Shown here: positions 51,670 to 61,917 of the stretch, piece by piece
How positions within the stretch are numbered: position 1 is the first letter of the stretch
Layout: each line of letters opens with the position of its first letter
Assembly (NCBI GenBank): GCA_040881665.1
Contig: JBBECT010000005.1
Coordinates: 76,138 to 140,137 of the forward strand
DNA from: Actinomycetota bacterium
GTDB taxonomy: Bacteria > Actinomycetota > UBA4738 > HRBIN12
DNA length: 64,000 nucleotides
Reading direction: 5' to 3'
The notes under the pieces: generated by a model
Databases searched by the model: none
Told to the model about the DNA's origin: nothing
What the model saw: the letters and a program-made list of their open reading frames with translations, nothing else
Made by a program: the position numbers and the translations under genes

Positions 51670-53346
51670 GTGCGCTCGGACCGACCTCCACCCCCCGGGC
51701 AAGCCGGCGCCGAGGTGAGCGAGATCGCCGCGAGCGACGGAACCGGACGCCGGGCCGAAAGGGCCCGGCGTCCCCTCCCTCCGCTGCTCGTCCTGGCGGC
51801 CGGCGCCGTGGCGATCGTTTTGGCCCTTCCCTTGCTCTATCTCGGGTTGCGTGCGACCGAGGCCACTGCGCAGAGCTGGGATCTGATCCTCCGCATGCGA
51901 ACCGTCTGGCTGACCGTCCGCACGCTCGGCCTCGCGGTCGCGGTGACGGCAGCCACCGGTCTGTTGGGTGTGACGGCCGCGTGGCTCGTGGTGCGGACCG
52001 ACCTGCCGCTGCGTCGTGCGTGGGCCGTGCTCTTCGCGCTCCCGCTCGTGTTCCCGAGCTACGTCGGGGCGTTCGCCTTGCTGTCCGCGCTGGGACCCCG
52101 CGGACTCGCCCAGCAGCTCCTCGCGGGGCCGTTCGGAGTCGACCGCCTGCCGGACATCGGGGGGTTCCCGGGAGCGTTCCTCGCGTTGACCCTGTTCACC
52201 TATCCGTACGTGTACCTGACGACCGCGGCTGCGATCCGAGGGCTCGATCCGACCCTCGAGGAATCCGCCAGGATGCTCGGACACGATCGCTGGCGTGTGT
52301 TCCGCCGCGTGACGCTGCCGCTGCTCCGCCCGGCGATCGCCGCCGGGGGGTTGCTCGTGGCCCTGTACACGCTCCATGACTTCGGGGCGGTCTCGCTGAT
52401 GCGCTACCAGACCTTCACGCAGGCGATCTTCCTGCAGTACCGGGCCGCGTTCGATCGCACCCCGGCGGCGATCCTCTCGTTGATGCTGGTGGGACTGGCA
52501 CTGATCGTGCTCGTGATGGAGCAGCGCGCTCGCGGGCGCGCGCGCTACTACCGGTCGGGTCCGGGGGCGCTGCGGCGCTTGCGTCCCGCACCGCTGGGCC
52601 GATGGCGGCTCCCCGCGTTGGCGTTCTCGGGGGTGCTCGTGTCCCTGGCGCTGATCCTGCCGGTCGCCGTGCTCGTCTACTGGCTCGTCCGCGGACTCGA
52701 CGCCGGGACGCCGCTCAACCTCACCCTCGGAGCGGCCGGCAACTCGATCCTGGTGTCGGGGGGTGGGGCACTCGTGGCGTTCGCCATGGCCGTGCCCGTC
52801 GCGATCCTGGCGGGTCGGTTCCCCGGACGGCTCGCTCGGGGGATCGAACGCGTTTCGTATGCTGGCTATGCCTTACCGGGACTCGTCGTTGCCTTGTCTC
52901 TGGTGTTCTTCGCGGCCAACTACACGCCCGCGATCTACCAGAGCCTCCCGTTGGTGATCGGAGCCTACGTGGTCCTGTTCCTCCCACAGGTGAGCGAGCC
53001 GCTCCGCGGAGCGATGCTGCAGATCGATCCGTCCCTGGAGGACGCCGCCCGCACCCTGGGACTGTCCAGGGGCGGCGTGCTGCGCCGTGTGGTCCTTCCC
53101 CTCGCGGCTCGCCCGGCGTTCGCGGGGATCGCCCTGGTGTTCCTGACCGCGATGAAGGAACTCCCCGCGACCCTGCTGCTGCGGCCCACCGGCTTCGAGA
53201 CCCTCGCGACCAGGATCTGGACCGGCGCGTCCGCCGGCCTCTACTCGCGTGCGGCGGCACCGGCCCTGCTGCTCCTTGCCATCTCCGCTGTGCCGCTGTT
53301 CCTGTTGGCGGGACGGATCGAGGTCGAGGAGGTGCGGACGGGATGA
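51670..53346 (+). CDS. ABC transporter permease, duplicated 6+6 TM (FbpB/ThiP-like)
   Basis: 558 aa, GTG start 4 nt after the SBP stop. Two BPD_transp_1 repeats. Confidence 0.75.
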   Translation: MRSDRPPPPGQAGAEVSEIAASDGTGRRAERARRPLPPLLVLAAGAVAIVLALPLLYLGLRATEATAQSWDLILRMRTVWLTVRTLGLAVAVTAATGLLGVTAAWLVVRTDLPLRRAWAVLFALPLVFPSYVGAFALLSALGPRGLAQQLLAGPFGVDRLPDIGGFPGAFLALTLFTYPYVYLTTAAAIRGLDPTLEESARMLGHDRWRVFRRVTLPLLRPAIAAGGLLVALYTLHDFGAVSLMRYQTFTQAIFLQYRAAFDRTPAAILSLMLVGLALIVLVMEQRARGRARYYRSGPGALRRLRPAPLGRWRLPALAFSGVLVSLALILPVAVLVYWLVRGLDAGTPLNLTLGAAGNSILVSGGGALVAFAMAVPVAILAGRFPGRLARGIERVSYAGYALPGLVVALSLVFFAANYTPAIYQSLPLVIGAYVVLFLPQVSEPLRGAMLQIDPSLEDAARTLGLSRGGVLRRVVLPLAARPAFAGIALVFLTAMKELPATLLLRPTGFETLATRIWTGASAGLYSRAAAPALLLLAISAVPLFLLAGRIEVEEVRTG

Positions 53347-54419
53347 GTTCGATCGAGACGCCGGCCGTCGCCTGTCGACTGGTCCGGAAGCGGTTCGGTG
53401 GCACGATCGCCCTCGACGGGTTCGATCTGGAGGTGCGTCTAGGGGAGCTCCTCGTCCTGTTGGGTCCCAGCGGGTGCGGCAAGTCCACCGCGTTGCGCTT
53501 GATCGCCGGACTCGAGCGACCCGACGGCGGTTCGATCGACGTGGGAGGCCGCACGGTCGCGGGTCGCTCCTGGGTCCCGCCCGAACGTCGCCGGATCGGG
53601 ATGGTCTTCCAGGATTGGGCGCTGTTCCCGCACCTGGACGTGCGTCGCAACATCGCTTTCGGGCTCAAGCGGGGCGCCGACGCCGACGCGCGCGTCGATG
53701 AGGTGCTCGCCCTCGTGCGCCTGCAGGGACTCGAGGATCGGATGCCCGACGAGCTCTCGGGCGGCCAGCAGCAGCGTGTGGCCCTGGCCCGAGCTCTCGC
53801 TCCTTCCCCGGAGGTGCTGCTGCTCGACGAGCCCTTCTCGAACCTGGACGCGCAGCTACGGGCCGAGCTCCGGGGAGAGATCCGTGATCTCCACCGCCAG
53901 ACCGGCACCACAGCGATCTACGTCACCCACGACCAAGAGGAGGCGCTCTCCCTCTCGGATCGGATCGCGATCATGGCCGACGGAAGGGTGCTTCAGACCG
54001 GATCCCCCCACCAGATCTACGCGGCCCCGATGGACGAGAGCGTGGCCGCCCTGATCGGTCAGTCGAACGTCTTGGAAGCGACCGTGTCCGGGGGCGTCGC
54101 CGCGACCGTTCTCGGCCCGGTACCCGCACCCGGACAGCCCGACGGTCCGACGCGGGTGCTGCTGCGCCCCGAGACCGTGGTGCTCGAGCCGGATCCACTC
54201 GGGGATGCGCGCGTTGCACGTGTCGAATTCTACGGTCACGATCAGATGGTGCGCGCGCGTCTGGCCAACGGCACGACGATCGAGGCGCGACTGATGGGTT
54301 CACATCCCGAACTCGTGGAGGACGCGACGGTTCAAGTCGCGCTCACCGACGTTCCGACGTTCTTCCCGTTCCGCTCGTCACCCGAGAGCGACCAACACAC
54401 ACTCGATCCAACATCGTGA
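53343..54419 (+). CDS. ABC transporter ATP-binding protein with a C-terminal TOBE-like domain (FbpC-like)
   Basis: Internal ATG (MSSIETPAV) overlapping the permease stop (ATGA). [18 protein letters not shown]. The roughly 120-aa C-terminal extension favours Fe(III) over thiamine. Confidence 0.8.
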   Translation: MSSIETPAVACRLVRKRFGGTIALDGFDLEVRLGELLVLLGPSGCGKSTALRLIAGLERPDGGSIDVGGRTVAGRSWVPPERRRIGMVFQDWALFPHLDVRRNIAFGLKRGADADARVDEVLALVRLQGLEDRMPDELSGGQQQRVALARALAPSPEVLLLDEPFSNLDAQLRAELRGEIRDLHRQTGTTAIYVTHDQEEALSLSDRIAIMADGRVLQTGSPHQIYAAPMDESVAALIGQSNVLEATVSGGVAATVLGPVPAPGQPDGPTRVLLRPETVVLEPDPLGDARVARVEFYGHDQMVRARLANGTTIEARLMGSHPELVEDATVQVALTDVPTFFPFRSSPESDQHTLDPTS

Positions 54420-54538
54420 AGACGTGACGACTGCTCTTCGGACACGTCGTTCATGTCACTCTTTCTCTCGCGACACGGAGACGAGCGCTAGCTGCAGTTT
54501 GGGCTCTTTCACGTTGCAGGACACGGCATGACATCAAG

Positions 54539-54567
54539 TTGACACACCTTGTGCCGCTGGCTAGTGT
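54539..54567 (+). promoter_or_regulatory. Consensus sigma70-like promoter TTGACA-N17-TAGTGT inside the 450-bp convergent intergenic region; candidate sRNA promoter
   Basis: Read directly. There is no plus-strand CDS downstream. The region is lower GC than its flanks. Confidence 0.3.
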
Positions 54568-54870
54568 TCGCTCCGGTCCCGGGCGGAAACGGGAACCCGA
54601 GACGTGAAGTCGGCGTCACGACGACGGTCATCGGCACACGACGGGGTTCGCCTCTGAGGGAGCCGGACGGTCGCTGAGGCGGCGTTCGCGACACGGGAGA
54701 GCGCCGAAGCCCGGGCCCCGCTTGACGGGTCGGAGTGACCGAGTAGACAACGCTCGCGTATGGGGAAGGCGTGAGCGGCTCCAAAGGTCCTCCGGCCCGT
54801 CTTTCTTCTCCCTCGGTGAGAGCACCGCGTCGCGAACCCTCCGAAAGACACCACCCGGGAACGATCGACG

Positions 54871-55641
54871 CTACAAGACGGCGTCGAGGAACCGCTTCGT
54901 CTCCGGCTGCTGGGTGTGATTGATCAACGCGTCGGGTGTTCCCTCTTCGAGGACCATGCCCTCGTGGAAGAACAGCATCCGATTCGCGACCTCGCGAGCG
55001 AATCCCATCTCGTGGGTAACCACCATCATCGTCATGTGCATGTCCGTCGTCAGCGAGCGCATCACCGCGAGGACCTCCCCGATCAGCTCCGGGTCGAGCG
55101 CCGAGGTCGGTTCGTCGAACAGCATGACCTTCGGTTCCATCGCCAGGGCCCGGGCGATCGCCACCCGCTGCTGCTGCCCCCCGGAGAGCCGGATCGGGTG
55201 CTGGTCCGCCTTGTCACCGAGGCCCACCTTGTCGAGCAGCTCCCGCGCGATCGCCTCGGCGTCCGGTTCGGCGATCCCCTTCACGGTGACCGGACCTTCC
55301 ATCACGTTCTGGAGAGCCGTCATGTGGGGGAACAGATTGAACTGCTGGAAGACCATGCCGGTCCGGACCCGGAGTTGGCGGATCCGCTCGCGCTTCTCCC
55401 GGTTGCGGTGCCCGCCCTGCAGCCGGATCCCGTCGACCTCGACCGTCCCCGAAGTGGGGTCCTCGAGGAAGTTGACACATCGCAGCAGCGTCGACTTTCC
55501 CGAGCCCGATCTCCCGAAGATCACGACGACCTCACCCTCGTCCACCTCCATGTCGATCCCCCGGAGGACCTCGAGGTCGCCGAAGCGCTTGTGGAGGTCC
55601 TCCACCCGCACGACCGCCTGCCCGTTGGGCCGGTGGCTCAC
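54871..55641 (-). CDS. Polar amino-acid ABC transporter ATP-binding protein (second system)
   Basis: 256 aa, GTG start. [18 protein letters not shown]. Confidence 0.85.
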   Translation of the reverse strand: MSHRPNGQAVVRVEDLHKRFGDLEVLRGIDMEVDEGEVVVIFGRSGSGKSTLLRCVNFLEDPTSGTVEVDGIRLQGGHRNREKRERIRQLRVRTGMVFQQFNLFPHMTALQNVMEGPVTVKGIAEPDAEAIARELLDKVGLGDKADQHPIRLSGGQQQRVAIARALAMEPKVMLFDEPTSALDPELIGEVLAVMRSLTTDMHMTMMVVTHEMGFAREVANRMLFFHEGMVLEEGTPDALINHTQQPETKRFLDAVL

Positions 55642-56630
55642 GTCCGGCCTCCCCCTTCGATCCGAAGCGCGCCCTCGTCGACGGCCGCCGGGCCGGGAAC
55701 GGTGGTCGCGCCGTGACCGGCGGCCTTGACCTTCTCGATCTCCTCACGGACGTAGCCCTTGCTCATCCGTCGCTCCAGCCGAGCCTGGAAGAACGTGAAG
55801 ATGATCGTGAGGATCCAGTACATCCCTGCGACCAATAGGAACGCTTCCATGTTCCGAAAGTCCTGGGTGCCGACGACCTGGGCGCGCTTGAAGATCTCGT
55901 ACCACCCGATCGTCGAGGCGATGAAGCTCACGAGCGCCGTGTCCTTGATCATCGCGATGAACTCGTTCCCGGTCGGCGGGATGATCACGCGGACCGCCTG
56001 GGGCAAAACCACTCGACGCATCCGCTGGCGGTAGGTCATCCCGAGCGCCTCGGCCGCCTCGCCTTGCCCGTGGCTGACCGACTGGATCCCGGCGCGGAAG
56101 ATCTCGGTCATGTACGCGCCGTAGTTCAACCCGAGTGCGAGGATCCCCCCGAGCACCGGGCTGATCACGAGGAGTTGGTACGTATCGCTGGTGATCAGTT
56201 CGCGGTCGAGGAGATTCACTCCGATCTGCGGAAGTGCGTAGTAGATCAGGAAGATCTGCACGATCAACGGCGTGCCACGGAAGAACGATGTATAGAACCC
56301 GCTGATCCCGTAAGCGATCGCGTTCTTCGACAATCGCCCGAGCGCTCCGAGGAGGGCGAGGACGATCGCGAGGATGATCGAGATGATCGTGATGAGGATC
56401 GTGATCCAGATGCCCTTGGCGATGAACTGCCAGTTGTCCGACATCCAGGTTGTGTCGAACCCGGCGAGGAGGAACCCGACACCCAGCAGCACGAAGATCC
56501 CCACCCAGACGACCGCGACCTTGATGCGGAACGGGATCCGCGTCGTCCTGCGGGTGGTGAAGTCGTGCTCGGACGCGGCCGGCGGGGGCGGGCCTCCCGG
56601 CCCGACCCCCGTCGACGCGTCGGTGCTCAT
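55638..56630 (-). CDS. Polar amino-acid ABC transporter permease (second system)
   Basis: 330 aa. Multi-TM with an EAA loop ([21 protein letters not shown]). Confidence 0.8.
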   Translation of the reverse strand: MSTDASTGVGPGGPPPPAASEHDFTTRRTTRIPFRIKVAVVWVGIFVLLGVGFLLAGFDTTWMSDNWQFIAKGIWITILITIISIILAIVLALLGALGRLSKNAIAYGISGFYTSFFRGTPLIVQIFLIYYALPQIGVNLLDRELITSDTYQLLVISPVLGGILALGLNYGAYMTEIFRAGIQSVSHGQGEAAEALGMTYRQRMRRVVLPQAVRVIIPPTGNEFIAMIKDTALVSFIASTIGWYEIFKRAQVVGTQDFRNMEAFLLVAGMYWILTIIFTFFQARLERRMSKGYVREEIEKVKAAGHGATTVPGPAAVDEGALRIEGGGRT

Positions 56631-56649
56631 CCGGCCGTGTCCGTGGTGA

Positions 56650-57549
56650 TCAGGAATCGACCTTCTTCGTCAGGTCCTCGCCGTACCACTTGTCCGACAG
56701 CTCCGAGAGCGTCCCGTCCGAGTGCATCTCCGCGATGATGCTCGAGACCTCCTCGTCGAAGCTCGTCGTGTCGAGCGAGGAGCCCTTGTCGGTCGCGGCC
56801 GCCAGCGGCTCGTAGAACACGGGCTCGCCCAGGACCTTGATCGGCGCTCCCTGGTCGATCGCTCCCTGGATCGTCGGCAGGGCCGAGCTGGCGGCGTCCA
56901 GCCTCACGCCGTCGCCGAGCTCCAGGTCCTTGATCGCGAGCGAGTCCGTCGAGTACGTCACGATCTGCGGGTTCTCGACCGGGAACGTGATGTCCTCGCC
57001 GGGGATCACGAGCTTCCCCTGGAGCCACACGTCGTAGGTGCACGCCTGGCATACGCCGATCTTCATCCCCGACAGCTCCTCGACGGAGGTGACCGAGGAG
57101 TCCTCGTGCACGGCGACCGCCGCCGGCGTGTAGTAGTAGGGCTCGCTGAAGTTCAGAACCTCCGCCCGCTCCGGGGTCACGGTCATCGACCCGACCGACA
57201 GGTCCCAACGGTCCTGCCAGTTCCCGCTCGTGAGGACGTTCCACGACGGGGTCTTCCACTCGATCTCGACGCCGAGCCGGTTCGCGATCTCGGTGGCCGC
57301 GTCGATGTCGAAGCCCTCCCACTGGCCGGTCGCCTCGTCGTAGGAAGACTGGGGCGGGTACTGCGGGTCGGTGGAGACGCGGAGCACACCGTCGGCCTTG
57401 ACCTTGGCGAGGAGATCGTCCGCTTCGCCGCCGCTGGTCTCGGTGCTATCGGTGGTGCCCGGGTCATCGTCGTCGCCCCCGCACGCCGCCGCGACCAACG
57501 TGAGCGCTGCGAACAGCGCTACGAGCCAGATCCATCGCCCTCTACGCAT
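56650..57549 (-). CDS. Polar amino-acid ABC transporter substrate-binding lipoprotein (second system)
   Basis: About 299 aa from an internal ATG with an AGGGGGA SD. Lipobox (LTLVAAACGGDDD). The upstream 60 aa of the ORF are junk. Confidence 0.75.
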   Translation of the reverse strand: MRRGRWIWLVALFAALTLVAAACGGDDDDPGTTDSTETSGGEADDLLAKVKADGVLRVSTDPQYPPQSSYDEATGQWEGFDIDAATEIANRLGVEIEWKTPSWNVLTSGNWQDRWDLSVGSMTVTPERAEVLNFSEPYYYTPAAVAVHEDSSVTSVEELSGMKIGVCQACTYDVWLQGKLVIPGEDITFPVENPQIVTYSTDSLAIKDLELGDGVRLDAASSALPTIQGAIDQGAPIKVLGEPVFYEPLAAATDKGSSLDTTSFDEEVSSIIAEMHSDGTLSELSDKWYGEDLTKKVDS

Positions 57550-57691
57550 CGTTCCCCCTTCGAAGCCGTCCGCGTCCGACGCAACACCGCGCCTGCCGAG
57601 CACTACGAGCACTATAGGAGTGCCCCCGCCGCTGAGCAACGCAATGGGGTCCGCGAGGTCCGGGCGTCGGCTCCGGGACCTGAACCGCTGG

Positions 57692-58876
57692 TCAACCGCC
57701 GGATCGACCGGCGGGCGCCCACCGACCACCGATCACGCGCGACCGCTGGATCAGGGCCTGTGTGGAGGGAAGACGTCGGCCGTCCGAGGTGAAGGCGTAG
57801 CGACCTCCGAGCCCGACGCGCGGCCCCAGCGCGGCAAGCTCCGCCGCGACGGCTGCCCGGAGCTGCTCGGCCGATCGATCCCCCTCGGCAACCGCCGCGG
57901 CCATCGCATCGACCAGCAGGTTCGTGGCGTCGAAGCCCTCGACGGCGTACGGACCGGGGGCTACACCCGCGTCGAACTGGAAGTCGTTGACGAACCGCTG
58001 CGCGTCGATCGATGTGCTCGTCAGCAGGTCGATGCAGGCGCAGGTGCCCATGCTCCTCTCTGCGGCCCCCCCGGCCGTCTCGATGTAGGCGTCGGTCCTG
58101 GCGGCGTCGGTGGTGGCCACGATCACCCTGCGAAGGCCGCGCTCGGCGAGGAGCGAGCGGAGGGTTCCCCCCACGACGGGTCCCCCGGTCCATACCGCGA
58201 CCCGACACCCGGAGGAGCGAAGCGTCTGCACCACCGGTTCGAGCGCGTCGGGCTCCGGGACCTCGTCGTCGGCAGGCAGGTCCACACCGGTCCGCACTCC
58301 GGCCCCGCGCAGCGACGTGTACAGCTCGGGCATCAAGCGGCCGCCTCCCGACGGACCGGCGACACACACTGGGCCGCCCCGGGCACGCTCCCGGACCCAC
58401 TTCGCGAGCGCACGGGCCTGTGCCCCGGCCGGGGGGACGAGCCGGCGCCATGTGCCGTCATCGGGAAGCGAGACGCCCGGCGCCAGCACCGCCACCGGCA
58501 TATGCGCGGCCGCCATCGCGGTCAACACCGCACCGGACGGGTCGGCGAACGGACCGATCACAGCTCCTACGACGGCCGGATCGGCCACAGCATCCTGAAC
58601 GGCCGCGAGGGCCAGCTCGGGATCCTCGGTGAGATCGATCAGCTCCGTCTCGACCGTCGGAAGCCCGCCACGCCCGCTCCGCTGTTCGGCCGCCAGTTCC
58701 ATACCGTCGAACGCCGGCATGTCGAGCGATCGGGAGATCGACGGGGGCAGATCGGCGAGGAACACGAGTCGGACCGGCTCGTCCGCGACCGCCGTCGGGA
58801 TCGAGGGCCCACCGCCGGGTCCGTTCCCCGCCGAGGTACAGGCGGAGAGGACGGCGACGACGAGGGCGATCACCAC
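57692..58876 (-). CDS. Periplasmic-binding-protein type-1 (LivJ/ANF-receptor-like) ABC substrate-binding lipoprotein; start uncertain
   Basis: The ORF N-terminus as drawn (to 59026) overlaps tRNA-Leu, so the real start must lie downstream. A candidate GTG gives VVIALVVAVLSACTSAG with a lipobox. No cognate permease or ATPase adjacent. Confidence 0.55.
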   Translation of the reverse strand: MVIALVVAVLSACTSAGNGPGGGPSIPTAVADEPVRLVFLADLPPSISRSLDMPAFDGMELAAEQRSGRGGLPTVETELIDLTEDPELALAAVQDAVADPAVVGAVIGPFADPSGAVLTAMAAAHMPVAVLAPGVSLPDDGTWRRLVPPAGAQARALAKWVRERARGGPVCVAGPSGGGRLMPELYTSLRGAGVRTGVDLPADDEVPEPDALEPVVQTLRSSGCRVAVWTGGPVVGGTLRSLLAERGLRRVIVATTDAARTDAYIETAGGAAERSMGTCACIDLLTSTSIDAQRFVNDFQFDAGVAPGPYAVEGFDATNLLVDAMAAAVAEGDRSAEQLRAAVAAELAALGPRVGLGGRYAFTSDGRRLPSTQALIQRSRVIGGRWAPAGRSGG

Positions 58877-58932
58877 CCGCCACGACGGGGCGGTCCGCCG
58901 GACGGCGGCTTGTAGGCTTGGTGCGGCTCCGC

Positions 58933-59016
58933 GCCGGGATGGCGGAACTGGCAGACGCGCGGGACTCAAAATCCCGTGGGCTTCGGCCCGTGAGGGTTCG
59001 ACCCCCTCTCCCGGCA
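58933..59016 (+). tRNA. tRNA-Leu (anticodon CAA), 3' CCA not encoded
   Basis: Cloverleaf read by eye: acceptor GCCGGGA/UCCCGGC, anticodon arm CGGGA-CUCAAAA-UCCCG, long variable arm, T-arm GAGGG-UUCGACC-CCCUC, discriminator A followed by CGA. Confidence 0.8.
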
Positions 59017-59022
59017 CGAGAC

Positions 59023-59805
59023 TCACCCGGTCGGGAGCGCCGCGCGTAACTCGCGGGCGAGGGCGACGGCGCCCTCGCGGTCACCCTCGACGAGCCGCCG
59101 GACGATCGCGCTCCCGACGATGACACCGTCCGAGAAACCGCCTGCCTGCCGCGCATGGCCGGGGGTGGTGATGCCCACACCTACGAGCAACGGCAGATCG
59201 GTCAGTGGACGCAACCCCTCGACGACCTCGCGGGCGGTGTCCGACAGGTCCGATCGCGCACCCGTGACGCCGTAGGAGGACACGCAATACACGAACCCCC
59301 TAGCGAGCTCGACCGTGCGCTTCAAGCGTTCCGCCGGTTCTCCCGGGGCCGCGAGGAACACCGGCTCGGATCCCGCCGCCTCGCTCGCCCGCACCCAGGT
59401 CTCGGCCTCGTCGACGGGTAGGTCGGGCACGATCGTGGCGCGGATGCCGGAGCCAACGGCCTCTCGCAGGAACGCCTCGTACCCGATCCGGAAGACCGGG
59501 TTCACGTAGGTCATCACGGCGATCGGGATGCCGAGCGAGGCCTCGGCGGCGAGCGCGAACGCATCTCGTGGGTGCGTTCCTGCCTCGAGCGCGAGCTGCG
59601 ACGCCTGCTGGATCACCCCGCCGTCCATCACGGGATCCGAGAACGGGATCCCGATCTCGATCGCATCGGCCCCCGCGCCCTCGAGCTCTCGGAGCAGTGC
59701 CGCGTCGACACCGGGAAGGCCTGCGGTCACGTAGGGAACGAGTGCTCGCCCACCACGATCCCGCCGGGCGCGCAGAGCGCTCTCGAGCCCGACGCCCGCC
59801 GTCAT
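59023..59805 (-). CDS. trpA: Tryptophan synthase alpha chain
   Basis: About 260 aa from the internal ATG ([12 protein letters not shown]...) overlapping the trpB stop (ATGA). TrpA motifs ([23 protein letters not shown]). Confidence 0.85.
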   Translation of the reverse strand: MTAGVGLESALRARRDRGGRALVPYVTAGLPGVDAALLRELEGAGADAIEIGIPFSDPVMDGGVIQQASQLALEAGTHPRDAFALAAEASLGIPIAVMTYVNPVFRIGYEAFLREAVGSGIRATIVPDLPVDEAETWVRASEAAGSEPVFLAAPGEPAERLKRTVELARGFVYCVSSYGVTGARSDLSDTAREVVEGLRPLTDLPLLVGVGITTPGHARQAGGFSDGVIVGSAIVRRLVEGDREGAVALARELRAALPTG

Positions 59806-61013
59806 CGGTCCCCGGTCCCGAGGGCGCGCCGCACGTTGTCGAGATCCTTGTCCCCTCGGCCCGACAGACACAGGGCCACGGTGGAACCTTCCGGCAACGG
59901 CCGCGCGAGCAGCCACCCGATCGCGTGCGCGGGTTCGAGCGCGGGCAGGATCCCCTCGGTGCGCGCGAGGGCTCCGAACCCCGCGAGCGCTTCGGCGTCG
60001 GTCGCGCTCGCGTACCGGGCCAGTCCCTCGTCCTTCAGCCAGGAATGCTCCGGCCCGACGCCCGGGTAGTCGAGCCCGGCCGAGATCGAATGGGTCAGGG
60101 CCACCTGCCCGTCCGCATCCTGCAAGAGGTAGGAGAGCGCACCGTGGAGGATCCCCGGCTCGCCCATCGTGAGCGACCGACAGTTCGCCCCGACCCCCTC
60201 ACCCGTTCCGCCGGCCTCGATCCCCCACAGAGAGGTGTCCGGCAAGCCGACGAACGCGGTGAACATCCCGATCGCGTTCGATCCGCCGCCGACGCATGCC
60301 ACGACGTGATCGGGATCGGTCCCCTCGCGCTCGCGGAACTGTGCCCGCGCCTCGTCGCCGATCACCCGCTGGAGGTCGCGGACCATCCCGGGGAACGGAT
60401 GCGGCCCTGCCGCGGTCCCGAAGACGTAATGGGTGTCCTGCACGGTCGAGGCCCAGTCGCGCATCGCCTCGTTGATCGCTTCCTTCAAGGTACGCTGGCC
60501 GGCGGTAACCGGAACGACCTCCGCGCCGAGCAGTTCCATCCGTTCGACGTTCGGCCGCTGACGGTGGGTGTCTTCCTCTCCCATGTAGACGACGCACGGG
60601 AGACCGAACATGGCCGCCGCCGTCGCCGTCGCCACGCCGTGCTGTCCGGCACCGGTCTCGGCGATCACACGGCTCTTGCCGAGCCGCTTGGCGACCAAGA
60701 CCTGACCGATCGTGTTGTTGATCTTGTGCGCGCCCGTGTGCGCGAGGTCCTCTCGTTTCAGGTACAGACGCACGCCCGTCTCCTCGGAGAGCCTGGGAGC
60801 GAAGGTCAGGGGCGTGGGCCGCCCGACGTAGTCGCGCAGGAGCGCGTCGAGCTCACCCCGGAAGACGGGGTCGGATCGAAGCTGCCGCCACGCGGCGTCG
60901 AGCTCCTCGAGGGCGGGGATCAATACCTCAGGAACGTAGCGCCCGCCGAACGTGCCGAACCGTCCGCGTTCGTCCGGGACCTCCCTGGGGCTCCGCTGCG
61001 CGGTGCTGCTCAT
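59802..61013 (-). CDS. trpB: Tryptophan synthase beta chain
   Basis: 403 aa. PLP-lysine motif (HTGAHKINN), GAGQHG, and the GGGSNA loop. Confidence 0.9.
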   Translation of the reverse strand: MSSTAQRSPREVPDERGRFGTFGGRYVPEVLIPALEELDAAWRQLRSDPVFRGELDALLRDYVGRPTPLTFAPRLSEETGVRLYLKREDLAHTGAHKINNTIGQVLVAKRLGKSRVIAETGAGQHGVATATAAAMFGLPCVVYMGEEDTHRQRPNVERMELLGAEVVPVTAGQRTLKEAINEAMRDWASTVQDTHYVFGTAAGPHPFPGMVRDLQRVIGDEARAQFREREGTDPDHVVACVGGGSNAIGMFTAFVGLPDTSLWGIEAGGTGEGVGANCRSLTMGEPGILHGALSYLLQDADGQVALTHSISAGLDYPGVGPEHSWLKDEGLARYASATDAEALAGFGALARTEGILPALEPAHAIGWLLARPLPEGSTVALCLSGRGDKDLDNVRRALGTGDR

Positions 61014-61828
61014 ATCGACTCGCTCCGTTCGCCGGCGGTCCTCGTGCCCGCCTCATGCAGCTGGCGCAACTTCGCTGCGGGGTCGGGGGCGCGCATCAAC
61101 GCCTCCCCCACCAGGATGGCAGACGCACCCGCCTCGACCGCCGTCCGCACGTGCGACGGGCCGGTGATGCCCGACTCGAGGACCGCGATCCGGTCGCGAG
61201 GGATCGCCCGGAGCGCGTCGATCGCCCGGTCGACGCCCACCTCGAGGGATTCGAGGTCCCGCGCGTTGACGCCGATCACCGCCGTATCCGTCGCGAGCGC
61301 CCGTTCGAGGTCACGCTCCGAATGGGTCTCGAGAAGCACCCCCAGTCCCAGGTCCGCGCAGATCGACAGGGCGGCAGCGAGTTCGGCATCACCGAGCACG
61401 GCCGCGATCAACAGGACCGCGTCTGCGCCCTCGGCCCGCGACTCGATCAACTGGGACGGATGCACCAGGAAGTCCTTGCGCAGCACGGGAAGCTCGACCG
61501 CGATCCGCGCGGCGCGCAGATCGGACAGTGCCCCGTCGAAGTGGCGCGGCTCGGTCAGCACCGAGATCGCGCTCGCTCCCGCCGACTCGTACGCCCGCGC
61601 CAGGCCTCCTGGATCCGCCTCGCCGATGTGGCCGACCGACGGCGACGAACGCTTCACCTCGGCGATCACGGCCGGACGCGCCGCAGCCCGGAGCGCGCCC
61701 ACGAAGTCCCGGGGCGGGGGCGACGCGAGGCAGCGCGCCATCAGGGAGCCATCGTCGAGCGGGGAGCGCTCGAGATCGGCGCGGACGCGCGTCACGAGGT
61801 CGGTGAGGAAACCCATGGGACCCGGCAT
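61010..61828 (-). CDS. trpC: Indole-3-glycerol-phosphate synthase
   Basis: About 272 aa from the internal ATG ([11 protein letters not shown]...) with a [24 protein letters not shown] and GVNARDL motifs. The upstream 230 aa of the ORF are Arg-rich junk. Confidence 0.85.
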   Translation of the reverse strand: MPGPMGFLTDLVTRVRADLERSPLDDGSLMARCLASPPPRDFVGALRAAARPAVIAEVKRSSPSVGHIGEADPGGLARAYESAGASAISVLTEPRHFDGALSDLRAARIAVELPVLRKDFLVHPSQLIESRAEGADAVLLIAAVLGDAELAAALSICADLGLGVLLETHSERDLERALATDTAVIGVNARDLESLEVGVDRAIDALRAIPRDRIAVLESGITGPSHVRTAVEAGASAILVGEALMRAPDPAAKLRQLHEAGTRTAGERSESI

Positions 61829-61917
61829 CGTAGCAGTGCCCTCTCGCGCACCTACGAGACCGAACGCGCTCACGTGTGGGTCCGTGACTACCGTGGCCAC
61901 CGGCCCGGCCGCCCAGG

